The notes under the pieces are model-generated. The model was not told the origin of the DNA and ran no database searches. It saw only the letters and a program-made list of their open reading frames with translations. Positions 1 through 9,109 of a stretch of DNA of 64,000 nt are shown one piece after another; the first letter of the stretch is position 1, and each line of letters opens with the position of its first letter. The translations under genes were made by a program, and so were the position numbers. Source of the DNA: a virus. The stretch is from the IMG/VR virus record IMGVR_UViG_3300042541_002760. The stretch is one strand, 5' to 3'.

Positions 1-442
1 CTGATGTGAGGCTGTCATGATCTAATACCGTTATTCCATTTCGAGTATGTCTAATAAGACTAGTCTGCAATCCTGCCACTCCATCAACTCCGACATTTCC
101 GCCGAGGCCGCCAGCACCAACAGATAAAACTAATAAATCTCCTGCTTGCATATCAAAATTATTAAAAGCACATCCCAAAAAGGTTCCTGTATTTGGTTGC
201 CCACCATACATTGTATATCGCGCATATCCACCACCTCCACCGCCTCCACCGCCATAGTAGTTTGTGGGTCTAGTACCAACACTGTGTCCTCCCGCACCAC
301 CTCCACCACCTCCCCACAATTCAACAGAAAGATATGAGGTACCTGCGGGAATTGAATATGATTGAGTTCCTCCCGTGGTGAACTGATTGGTTGCAAGAAG
401 TTGATAACTTCTGCCCTGTGCACCTCTTGCTGCTCCAATCAT
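1..442 (-). CDS. Glycine-rich tail/adhesin-like protein (3' end runs off window; not in supplied ORF track)
   Basis: ATG at 442 overlaps the TGA of the upstream fibre gene (ATGA). Manual translation MIGAARGAQGRSYQLLATNQFTTGGTQSYSIPAGTSYLSVELWGGGGGGAGG...YYGGGGGGGGYARY stays open to the window edge. Confidence 0.8.
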   Translation of the reverse strand, partial: MIGAARGAQGRSYQLLATNQFTTGGTQSYSIPAGTSYLSVELWGGGGGGAGGHSVGTRPTNYYGGGGGGGGGYARYTMYGGQPNTGTFLGCAFNNFDMQAGDLLVLSVGAGGLGGNVGVDGVAGLQTSLIRHTRNGITVLDHDSLTS

Positions 443-3400
443 AAGAAGTTCAACCCTCCAACGAATCCATAGATTGTTGTTCCTGCATCAGGAGTGATAA
501 AGGAGATAACATCAATTCCTGTTGTTGACAATGTTGGTTTCACTCCTCCTGGCCACTTGATTCTTCCTTCCCATGTTGTTGTATTTCCCGTCATGCTTCC
601 ACCATTAGTGACAAGCAGAGTTACATTTCCTGCTCCTGTTGCGGGTGCTCCCATGAAGTAAATTGCAGTTGTGCCCGTTGCTCCTGTGCCTATTCCTGTG
701 AGAGTTTGCACCTGACCATTTGCAAAATTAATACCAACATTACGCAAAGTTCCATTTGAATATATGGATTCGTTGACAATCTTTGCGCCATAGATTGTGG
801 TTGTATTTGAAGCAGTACTACCAAGAGTTGTATTTTGACTAACCGTCAAACTATTAAATGATGCTGTTGGGCCACTAACACCATTTGTTCCATGCAACTT
901 TCCATAAATTGTTGCATCTATAGTTCCAGTTGTTCCAATAGTAATTGTATTAGAACCGCCACCTACTGTGTTATTACCAATGACAATCTGATTGGTTTGT
1001 GCATCAGCAGATGATCTTGCTCTCCAACCAATGAAGATAGAATCATTTGCAGTATTCAATTTATTGGTAATAACACTTGTGCCAGTCGCACCCTTCCATC
1101 GCCCTGCCTGATATCCAATCGCAGTATTTCTTTCAGCAGAACCTGTGGTTGCAATCGACTTGAGTGCTTCGTTACCAATTGCAGTATTTTGTTGCCCTTC
1201 ATCATTTGTAAAGAGTGCCTGATATCCAATTCCAATATTATTAGATGTGAAATTAGTACTCAGTGCCTGATATCCAATTGCAAGATTCGAACTTCCATTG
1301 GCATTGCTGAGTAATGACTCTCCACCTATCGAAACATTATAACTTCCATCTACAAGAGACTGTGATGAATTTGAACCGATGGCAACATTATTAGATGCGG
1401 TTGATATTGTGGTTATAGCGTTAGATCCCAATGCCACATTGTTGATTCCTCCACCCGTACAAGAATGAAGTGCATTGAATCCAAATGCAACCGAATATGA
1501 ATTAGTACCAATTTCCATGGCACCGCTTCCAACAGCAGTATTGAACAGTCCTCCTGAATTTCCTGATAGTGCGCCTTTGCCAATTCCAAGATTGCTCGCA
1601 ACATTTCCAGCACCCAATCCAATATTCACTCCGTTGACTTTGATGTCATTTGCAAAGGTTGCACCACTTGCAGAAAGACCTGCACTTGCAGTCAGTAATT
1701 CACTAAAAGATCCAATACCATTAAATACATGTCCTTGGGTTGCACTATGTGTTATGGTTTGGGTAGTATCATCGACAATGATTTGTGTGCCATCATTATT
1801 TCCATCATCGCCAACAGTAACAACAGCACCAAACAAATTTAGAATTCCGTTTCCACCAATAGCACTTACATCAAGAGTGTCGTTTCCATAACTTAATATT
1901 TCGCTATTACCCTTTCCTGCATTTATCTTCAATCCTCTGTTTGACAAACCAAATGTATGATCAACAGCAGCACCAAATGTAGAGCCAGCCGCAACAACCA
2001 GATAATCTGTAGTAATAGTGGATGCACTAATACCTGCACTTGCAGTCAGTAGTCTAGAGAATGAGCCTGTAGCACCACTAAAGTTTCCACCGAAGGTTGC
2101 ACCGCTCAGTACATTCAGATTGGAAATCGTAACATTATCGCGAAGACCAATAACGATGTTTGGACATGTATTGAGAACTTCAATCTCTGACGCTGACCCC
2201 GTTATTACAACTGCTGCTGTGCATCCATTGAGAGATGCAACCGCAGTGACTGCCCCTGTTAGCCCATTGAAAGACCTGACCGTATTGGTTTCAATGTATG
2301 CATATGCACTTGCACCCTTAACAAGTCCTTCTTGTCCTGCTGCAACATTACCGAGGACAACACCGATCTCAAGCGAAAGATTATCATCAAATGTCTTTTT
2401 TGTGGCATTTGTTAATTGTCCCAATGTTGAACTTGTTATCAGTCCAAAATTTTCGGCAAAGAAGTTTTGAATGGATGCTCTTTTTGCCTTGACAGATCCT
2501 GTTTCATCTCCGTCATATATCAAGACAAAGTTTGTTTTTTTGCTGGTATAGGTGCCTGTATATGCAGTGAGATTTGCTGGATCGAAGAACAGACTTGTAG
2601 CAACATCATCTCCTGATACTCCTGCACTTAATCCACTACCAGGTGCGGCAAAGAACGAACCACGAAGTCTTACCAATCCATATTTGGGATCAACGGTGAA
2701 GAACGCATTATCGAAGTATCCAACTCCTGTCAGACCATGTTCCCATGATTCCTCATAGTTTCCTTGCTGCCCTGAGGCGACATAACCAGGCATCCCTTCA
2801 GGAATACCAGCAGTGCTAACACGAACACTAGATGTAAGCCTTGCAGTTAATTTTTTGTTGTTGGTTGCCGCTATATAACCACCCGTCCAAATTGCACCAG
2901 ATGTTGATCCTGCCCCAACAAGTACAGACGAATCACCCCATACAGTATCGCCTGTTGCACCAACCGATGCATTAGCACCAATCGTGATTACATTATTACC
3001 AACACCACCGCGAGTGAGTGTGACACCAGATCCTGCGGTGAGGGACACTTGTCCAACAATAGCAGTAGTATTGTTGTTGCCGAATGCAATTCCTGTAACA
3101 CCTGTATTGTTAACAGTAATACTTGACCCAAGAGAAGGGGTTCCACTTACGGAAATCCCACTTCCACTGTTTACTGTAATGCTACTATTAGCAAGTTGTG
3201 TGTTAGATATACCGCTCGACTTGATCGTTGTATGTCCTGTTATACTAACTGCAAACGATGAACTATCAAATGATGCAACACCCGTAACACCTGTAGTTGC
3301 AATACGAGCATCGATGAGATGAGTTCCTGCAACAGCACTTCGAACACTTACGGCTGCATTGTTCCCTTCACCTGTGATAGTAATTGCACTTGTATTACCA

Positions 3401-6186
3401 TTAACACTCGGTACTCCTCCCGATCCACTTGTAAATGTAATTGTATTTCCTAAGACAGTTATTGCAGATCCTGTTAGATTGATCTTTCCTGTAAGACCAG
3501 CATCAAGACCAAATCCAATTCCTGTAACACCCGTATTTGCAATGGTTCCACTAGAAGCAATGGTAATCTGATTACCACTACGAGTGAGTGTGACATTAGA
3601 TCCTGCCGTGATAGATACTTGTCCAACAATAGCAGTAGTGTTATTAGCACCGAATGCAATTCCTGTAACACCACCACCCACACTGCTACTAGACGCAATC
3701 GTAACTTGATTGCCAACAACAGTCATTGTGACATTCGATCCGCTTGTCAGTGACACATTACCAGTAAGAGTTGCATTGCCAAATGCAATTTGATTTACAA
3801 TGTTCGATGCTTTTATCGTTGGTGCAAAGACATTTCCTGCAAATGTTGTTCCTGGATTAGCCGCCAGTGCGGCGACTTGTTGGATATCACCAGAAATAAC
3901 AAGTCCAGTAGCGTTGGGGGCGGAGGGACTTGGGAAGATAGAAACATTTTGTATTTCCTTGCCTATCACAATTCCGTTAGTGGATATTATATAGTCCGAT
4001 ACATTAATGATATTTGCAGTCAATCCATTCGTAGAAATACCGCCTAGTGCTGTTAGACCATTATTGAATCTAGCAAGACCTGTAGTTGTCAAACCACTAT
4101 TAAAGGTAGCAAGACCATTAAAGACTGCTGTAGTTGCAGTGAGTCCTGTAGTATGAATACCACCTAGTGATGTCAGACCATTGGTGAACCATACTAATCC
4201 CGATGCACTCAATCCACCTGTTGATGTAAGACCTGTGGTCTGAATACCACCATTGAATGTTTGTGTCCCTGTATTAGTAGTGTTACCATCAACAGTTAGG
4301 TTGCCTGTAAATCGACCATTGGTTGCAGTGAGTCCTCTAGTGTGAATACCACCTAGTGCTGTTAGACCATTAATAAAGGTAGCAAGACCTGTAGTTGTCA
4401 GACCACTACTAAATGTAGCAAGACCAGATGCACTTAAGCCACTACTGAATGTAGCAAGACCATTAAAGACTGCTGTGGTTGCAGTGAGTCCAATCGTATG
4501 AATACCACCTAGTGCTGTTAGACCATTATTGAATCTAGCAAGACCTGTAGTTGTCAAACCACTATTAAAGGTAGCAAGACCATTAAAGACTGCTGTAGTT
4601 GCAGTGAGTCCTGTAGTATGAATACCACCTAGTGATGTCAGACCATTACTAAATGTAGCAAGACCAGATGCACTTAAGCCACTTGAGAATACTGAGACAC
4701 CTGAGAATGTAACACCCCCCGAAAAAGATGCAACAACCTTACCATCTGTAACTGTAAAGTGCCCTGGATGAAATGATGCAACACCTGTAAGACTTGTAGT
4801 TGCAATACGAGTATCAAATACTACATCAACACCATCTCCGTTGAAGTCTTGAGTTGCTACAGTGCGAATAGAACCCGATCCTGTGAGAGTTAAGTTGCCT
4901 CCCAAAGTAACATCAGCCTTGCCACCAATATTCCCCTGTACACCAAAAAAAGTGCTGGGATTTTTTAATGTTACTACACCTGTTGCTCCAACATTGAAGG
5001 ATACTGAACTAAACGAGGCAACACCCGTAATACCTGTGTTGGTTGCAATACGAGCATCAATACGATTAATTCCTGCAACACTACTTCGAACAACTACAGC
5101 AGCATTGTTTCCTGCGCCTGTAATCGATATATCTCCTGTTGCACCATTGACGGTAGACACTCCATACTTACCAAGATCGTCTGTGGTCTCTACAAGATTC
5201 TTCCACTGAGACCAAATATATGTTCCTGTTGCACCACCTGATGTTCCTGTTCCACCACGAAGGATATATCCCGTGCGAACATATTTGTCAAATGTCGTTT
5301 CATATGATCCGCTTGCTGCGGGTACACCACCAAGACCAGATGGTGATTGGACATTATCAATCCATGTTCCATACTGTATGAGTGTTCTAAATGGAGTACC
5401 GATTTGAGTATCAACAAGTCCCAATGCTTGAAAATTTACATTTATATTTTCAACAAGAAGTGCTCGTTCCAATCCAGTGCAAACTGCTGTCTGTGGGGTA
5501 TCTCCTGGTGCATTTTTATAACATAGTGGAGGTACACCGCCAAGATTTCCCAAATATTGCCCAATGAGATTTCCTTGACCTGTGCTTGAATATGCTTTTG
5601 CAAGGAACATTCCTGCGCCTGTGATGGAATCTATATCGAGAACAGTTCTGACACTAGTGTTGCCTTCTTGATATGCATTTGCAGGGAGTAGTTCTGCAAC
5701 CTTTCCACCAACCCGATTGGCATAATCTATGCTTGAAGCAATAGTTTTTGTAAAATCTACTAGTCCTGCAACACCCGAAGATGGAGTTAAATTATATGCA
5801 TCAGGATTTCTATAAAGACCCCATCCTGCATTACCATTTCCAATTGAAACACGCCCATTGAAAGTTACACCGCTGTCATATCCTGAAAAAATTGCATTGC
5901 CCGTGATATTGAGTGTATGTCCCGTGATATCAGGATTTAAAGATACCTCAAAGAGAGTTGCTGTTGGGCCATTTGAATCAGCCTGAACATTAATACCATT
6001 TCCTGCATTAACAGTAAATTGTGGTGTATAGAAAACTGAATTGAATGTTAAATATCCACCGCTTGACAGACCAACAAAGAGTCTTTGATCTCTAAGGTTG
6101 ACTGCAAGTTCACCTGAAGTTAATCCAGATGGAGTTGCACCTACTGCTTCAGTTCTGTGTATTTGTATTTGACTTTCGCGAGCCAT
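439..6186 (-). CDS. Long tail fibre/appendage protein, 1915 aa
   Basis: N-terminal fibre motif (IQIHRT...TPSGLTSGELAVNLRDQRLFVG); internal ARIAT..TGVASF and GLTATFN repeats; NxAIGYQAL YadA-like head repeats; C-terminal IKWPGGVKPTLSTTGIDVISF fibre motif. Confidence 0.8.
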   Translation of the reverse strand: MARESQIQIHRTEAVGATPSGLTSGELAVNLRDQRLFVGLSSGGYLTFNSVFYTPQFTVNAGNGINVQADSNGPTATLFEVSLNPDITGHTLNITGNAIFSGYDSGVTFNGRVSIGNGNAGWGLYRNPDAYNLTPSSGVAGLVDFTKTIASSIDYANRVGGKVAELLPANAYQEGNTSVRTVLDIDSITGAGMFLAKAYSSTGQGNLIGQYLGNLGGVPPLCYKNAPGDTPQTAVCTGLERALLVENINVNFQALGLVDTQIGTPFRTLIQYGTWIDNVQSPSGLGGVPAASGSYETTFDKYVRTGYILRGGTGTSGGATGTYIWSQWKNLVETTDDLGKYGVSTVNGATGDISITGAGNNAAVVVRSSVAGINRIDARIATNTGITGVASFSSVSFNVGATGVVTLKNPSTFFGVQGNIGGKADVTLGGNLTLTGSGSIRTVATQDFNGDGVDVVFDTRIATTSLTGVASFHPGHFTVTDGKVVASFSGGVTFSGVSVFSSGLSASGLATFSNGLTSLGGIHTTGLTATTAVFNGLATFNSGLTTTGLARFNNGLTALGGIHTIGLTATTAVFNGLATFSSGLSASGLATFSSGLTTTGLATFINGLTALGGIHTRGLTATNGRFTGNLTVDGNTTNTGTQTFNGGIQTTGLTSTGGLSASGLVWFTNGLTSLGGIHTTGLTATTAVFNGLATFNSGLTTTGLARFNNGLTALGGISTNGLTANIINVSDYIISTNGIVIGKEIQNVSIFPSPSAPNATGLVISGDIQQVAALAANPGTTFAGNVFAPTIKASNIVNQIAFGNATLTGNVSLTSGSNVTMTVVGNQVTIASSSSVGGGVTGIAFGANNTTAIVGQVSITAGSNVTLTRSGNQITIASSGTIANTGVTGIGFGLDAGLTGKINLTGSAITVLGNTITFTSGSGGVPSVNGNTSAITITGEGNNAAVSVRSAVAGTHLIDARIATTGVTGVASFDSSSFAVSITGHTTIKSSGISNTQLANSSITVNSGSGISVSGTPSLGSSITVNNTGVTGIAFGNNNTTAIVGQVSLTAGSGVTLTRGGVGNNVITIGANASVGATGDTVWGDSSVLVGAGSTSGAIWTGGYIAATNNKKLTARLTSSVRVSTAGIPEGMPGYVASGQQGNYEESWEHGLTGVGYFDNAFFTVDPKYGLVRLRGSFFAAPGSGLSAGVSGDDVATSLFFDPANLTAYTGTYTSKKTNFVLIYDGDETGSVKAKRASIQNFFAENFGLITSSTLGQLTNATKKTFDDNLSLEIGVVLGNVAAGQEGLVKGASAYAYIETNTVRSFNGLTGAVTAVASLNGCTAAVVITGSASEIEVLNTCPNIVIGLRDNVTISNLNVLSGATFGGNFSGATGSFSRLLTASAGISASTITTDYLVVAAGSTFGAAVDHTFGLSNRGLKINAGKGNSEILSYGNDTLDVSAIGGNGILNLFGAVVTVGDDGNNDGTQIIVDDTTQTITHSATQGHVFNGIGSFSELLTASAGLSASGATFANDIKVNGVNIGLGAGNVASNLGIGKGALSGNSGGLFNTAVGSGAMEIGTNSYSVAFGFNALHSCTGGGINNVALGSNAITTISTASNNVAIGSNSSQSLVDGSYNVSIGGESLLSNANGSSNLAIGYQALSTNFTSNNIGIGYQALFTNDEGQQNTAIGNEALKSIATTGSAERNTAIGYQAGRWKGATGTSVITNKLNTANDSIFIGWRARSSADAQTNQIVIGNNTVGGGSNTITIGTTGTIDATIYGKLHGTNGVSGPTASFNSLTVSQNTTLGSTASNTTTIYGAKIVNESIYSNGTLRNVGINFANGQVQTLTGIGTGATGTTAIYFMGAPATGAGNVTLLVTNGGSMTGNTTTWEGRIKWPGGVKPTLSTTGIDVISFITPDAGTTIYGFVGGLNFL
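4040..4700. repeat. Tandem intragenic repeats (GLTATTAVFNGLATFNSGLTTT-type) shared with the 680-aa paralog at ~6650-6990
   Basis: Near-identical DNA units such as gtagcaagaccattaaagactgctgtagttgcagtgagtcctgtagtatgaataccacctagtg recur several times. Confidence 0.85.
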
Positions 6187-6255
6187 AGTTTAGTTCACCA
6201 CATTATATAGATATGAAATTTCATGCCAATTCTTCAGTCGAATTTGAATGTAAAA

Positions 6256-8298
6256 TTAGAATGTGCCTCCATCAAGTTTTACAACAAGTGTTGCTATGGT
6301 GTATCCCGCTCCACCTGCATTAATGGTTGCTAGAGGTTCAATTCCTCCTGTAAGTCCCGTGAAGAATTTGTATCTACCACCATCACTTGCATCTCGAAAC
6401 AATCCTGTATGTCTTTTATCCCCTTGTAAACCATCGGTGAAATATTGTCCAAAGAATCCAATATCTTGACTATCGGCGTTATTTCCTGTTCCCAATTTAA
6501 TCAGGGGATCTTCTATTATAATGGTTTCTACATTCGCAGTAATTACTGTACCATCGACAGTTAGATTTCCCGTAACTGTTACATCATTTGTAAAGGTTGC
6601 ATTAGTAAATCTTGCATTATTTGCAAATATGGTATTCGCAGTAATGCCTGTTGCACTTAAGCCACTTGAGAATACTGAGGTACCACTGAATGTAACACCT
6701 CCACCACTTGCAAAGGATGCATTGGTTCCTACGATATTAAATGCAGTCAATCCTCTAGTATGAATACCACCTGGTGCAGTGAGACCATTACTAAAGGTAG
6801 CAAGACCTGTAGTTGTGAGACCACTATTGAATGTAGCAAGACCATTGAAGACTGCTGTAGTTGCTGTCAATCCTGTAGTATGAATACCACCTGGTGCAGT
6901 AAGACCATTGGTGAAATATACTAATCCCGATGCACTTAAGCCATTTGTTGCTGTGAGACCTGTGGTTTGTATTCCACCATTAAATGTCTGTGTTTGTGTC
7001 CATGTATTCAATGCAGATGTGGTTGCACCGCCACCACTAGTTGCAATGGTAACTTGATTGCCAACGACAGTCATTGTGACATTCGATCCGCTTGTCAGCG
7101 ACACATTACCAGTAAGAGTTGCATTGCCAAATGCAATTGATGTAACACCTGCATTTGTAATGGTTGCTTGGTTGTTGGATCTAGATACAGAAATACTATT
7201 TCCTGCTACAACTGTGTCTCCTGTAACGGAAAAAGACCCTGTGAGACTTACATGACCCGAAAGACCAAGTGCAAAGTGTCTTGGATCAAACGAGGCAACA
7301 CCCGTAAGTGATGCAGTTGCAATTCTTGGTACAAAAGTTATAGTGGCGTTGTTTAAATCATTTACTGCTCTAATTGCCCCACCATCACCCGTAATGTTAA
7401 GAAACGCGCCATTAAGACTAGCACCTGATGTAAGCCCATTGAGAGAATACAAACCACTGCTGCTTATCCTTAAATATGGGTTTGTCTGTGTTGGTACATC
7501 ACCATATCCTGCACTTACATTGATATTATAACCATCGCCCTGAATTTGTATGCCTTTTTGATACCAATCAGCCGTGACTCCGCTTCCCTGTACACTCAGT
7601 GACCGAACACCCGTATTCTGAATCTGTATGTTTCCTGTGGTGCCACTTAAGTAAATACCATTAGTTCCTATGTTACCATAGGTGACTGTTCCTGATGTTA
7701 TACCCGTAACACCCGCATTTGTAATAGTTGCTTGATTGTTAGATCTAGATACAGAAATACTATTTCCTGCTACAACAGTGTCGCCTGTAACGGAAAAAGA
7801 CCCTGTGAGACTTACATGTCCCGATGCACCCAAGGCAAAGTGTCTTGGATCAAACGAAGCAACTCCTGTAAGACTGCTAGTTGCAATACGCGCATCAATG
7901 ATATGAGTATCTACAGCAGTCCTTCGAACAACTACGGCTGCATTGTTCCCTGCACCTGTGATGGTAATTATGCCAGTATCGCCATTGACTGAAACGACTT
8001 CACCCTTTGTTCCTGCTATAGTATCGACATAGTTTTTGATTGCGTTTGATGTGGAAAGAGTATTGTTGGCATCTTGTCCATTTCCCCACAAATCTGTCCC
8101 ACCATTACCAATATTACCAAGCGACTCTCCTGTGATCGATGCGCCAATCCATACGGACTCAACAGTCGCCCCACCTCCTGTACCTCCAACAAATAGTTTT
8201 CGACTTGCTCCTGCAAATCCAAATTCACCAAAGGTAAGACCAGTTGGCGTGTCGGCAGATAGAGAACGGAGAATTGTAATTATACTTTCGCGTGCCAT
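6256..8298 (-). CDS. Tail fibre/appendage paralog, 680 aa
   Basis: MARESIITILRS...LTFGE N-terminus and same repeat modules as the 1915-aa gene; IEDPLIKLG..N..D..DIG motif; C-terminal DGGTF. Confidence 0.75.
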   Translation of the reverse strand: MARESIITILRSLSADTPTGLTFGEFGFAGASRKLFVGGTGGGATVESVWIGASITGESLGNIGNGGTDLWGNGQDANNTLSTSNAIKNYVDTIAGTKGEVVSVNGDTGIITITGAGNNAAVVVRRTAVDTHIIDARIATSSLTGVASFDPRHFALGASGHVSLTGSFSVTGDTVVAGNSISVSRSNNQATITNAGVTGITSGTVTYGNIGTNGIYLSGTTGNIQIQNTGVRSLSVQGSGVTADWYQKGIQIQGDGYNINVSAGYGDVPTQTNPYLRISSSGLYSLNGLTSGASLNGAFLNITGDGGAIRAVNDLNNATITFVPRIATASLTGVASFDPRHFALGLSGHVSLTGSFSVTGDTVVAGNSISVSRSNNQATITNAGVTSIAFGNATLTGNVSLTSGSNVTMTVVGNQVTIATSGGGATTSALNTWTQTQTFNGGIQTTGLTATNGLSASGLVYFTNGLTAPGGIHTTGLTATTAVFNGLATFNSGLTTTGLATFSNGLTAPGGIHTRGLTAFNIVGTNASFASGGGVTFSGTSVFSSGLSATGITANTIFANNARFTNATFTNDVTVTGNLTVDGTVITANVETIIIEDPLIKLGTGNNADSQDIGFFGQYFTDGLQGDKRHTGLFRDASDGGRYKFFTGLTGGIEPLATINAGGAGYTIATLVVKLDGGTF

Positions 8299-8319
8299 AT
8301 GTTAAGTTCCTTGTGTTTC

Positions 8320-8327
8320 TATTTATA
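8320..8327 (-). promoter_or_regulatory. T4-type late promoter TATAAATA
   Basis: Exact T4 late consensus upstream of an SD (AAGGA) and the ATG at 8298. Confidence 0.7.
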
Positions 8328-8344
8328 CTGTTAATGCAATATCT

Positions 8345-8851
8345 TTAAAATGTTCCACCATCAGTCACTTCCCGAGGAGTTTTCCCCTGCAAGGTCTTGG
8401 CATTCACTTCGAGCAAAAGAGAGCCATCAAGTGCAGGTAATGCTCCTGTTAGCCCTTCGGCCCATTTGCTGCTTGGCCCCAATACAATAAGATTTTTTGT
8501 CTTGATTCCTGTTTTTATCTGAACATGCCCCGTCAATGTGACATTGAAAAAGTCGTAATCAAATGATGCGACTCCCGAATGCCCCGAGGCAGCGATTCTT
8601 GCGGTAAAAAACCCATTATCTCTTCCTACAACGGCACCGCCATCGCCTGTGAGGGTAACTCCCCCAACAAGACCATTGACGCTTGTGACCCCTGAAGATT
8701 GGTTTCCGAATACAATCAGAGACCCGTTTGTTCCACCAATAAACAGTTTCCCATCGACTAGGTTGGCTGCAAGTTCACCCGCCGTGAGGGATGCAGGGAT
8801 TGCACCTGCCGTAAGGGATCTGTATATGCGAATAGTTTCTTGTCGTGCCAT
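8345..8851 (-). CDS. Short fibre-family paralog, 168 aa
   Basis: MARQETIRIYRS...LTAGELAANLVDGKLFIG; ARIAA..SGVASF module; ends DGGTF like the 680-aa paralog. Confidence 0.7.
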   Translation of the reverse strand: MARQETIRIYRSLTAGAIPASLTAGELAANLVDGKLFIGGTNGSLIVFGNQSSGVTSVNGLVGGVTLTGDGGAVVGRDNGFFTARIAASGHSGVASFDYDFFNVTLTGHVQIKTGIKTKNLIVLGPSSKWAEGLTGALPALDGSLLLEVNAKTLQGKTPREVTDGGTF

Positions 8852-8889
8852 CGTAAACCCATGGAAGGGTAGTTTACGAGGTATTTAGG
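8849..8889 (-). repeat. 41-bp late promoter + hairpin leader, copy 1
   Basis: 39/41 identical to 19393-19433; minus strand CCTAAATACCT-CGTAAAC...GTTTACG-ATG. Confidence 0.9.
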
Positions 8890-8967
8890 AGGAAACTAGA
8901 TAGGTAAAAGAATGAAATTGGGATGCCTACCCCGCCCAAATATCTTTACATTTTTAAATATCAAACA

Positions 8968-9108
8968 TCATCCAATGCTGATTCGTTCAGGTAAAGCCAA
9001 TCTCAACTCAAACCAAGACCCATCTGGTTCCAACTTAGAGATCGTTCCAATCTCTTGTATTGGCATATCAAGAAAAAAGTATGCGCTATAGAAAATGATA
9101 TCATCCAT
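8968..9108 (-). CDS. Small hypothetical protein, 46 aa (below ORF-track cutoff)
   Basis: ATG 1 nt after the upstream TAA; MDDIIFYSAYFFLDMPIQEIGTISKLEPDGSWFELRLALPERISIG*. Confidence 0.5.
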   Translation of the reverse strand: MDDIIFYSAYFFLDMPIQEIGTISKLEPDGSWFELRLALPERISIG

Positions 9109-9109
9109 A

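Noticed and set aside
130-438. Supplied 102-aa minus-strand ORF (MEQQEVH...)
   Set aside because: Wrong frame; the coupled Gly-rich frame starting at 442 is the plausible gene.
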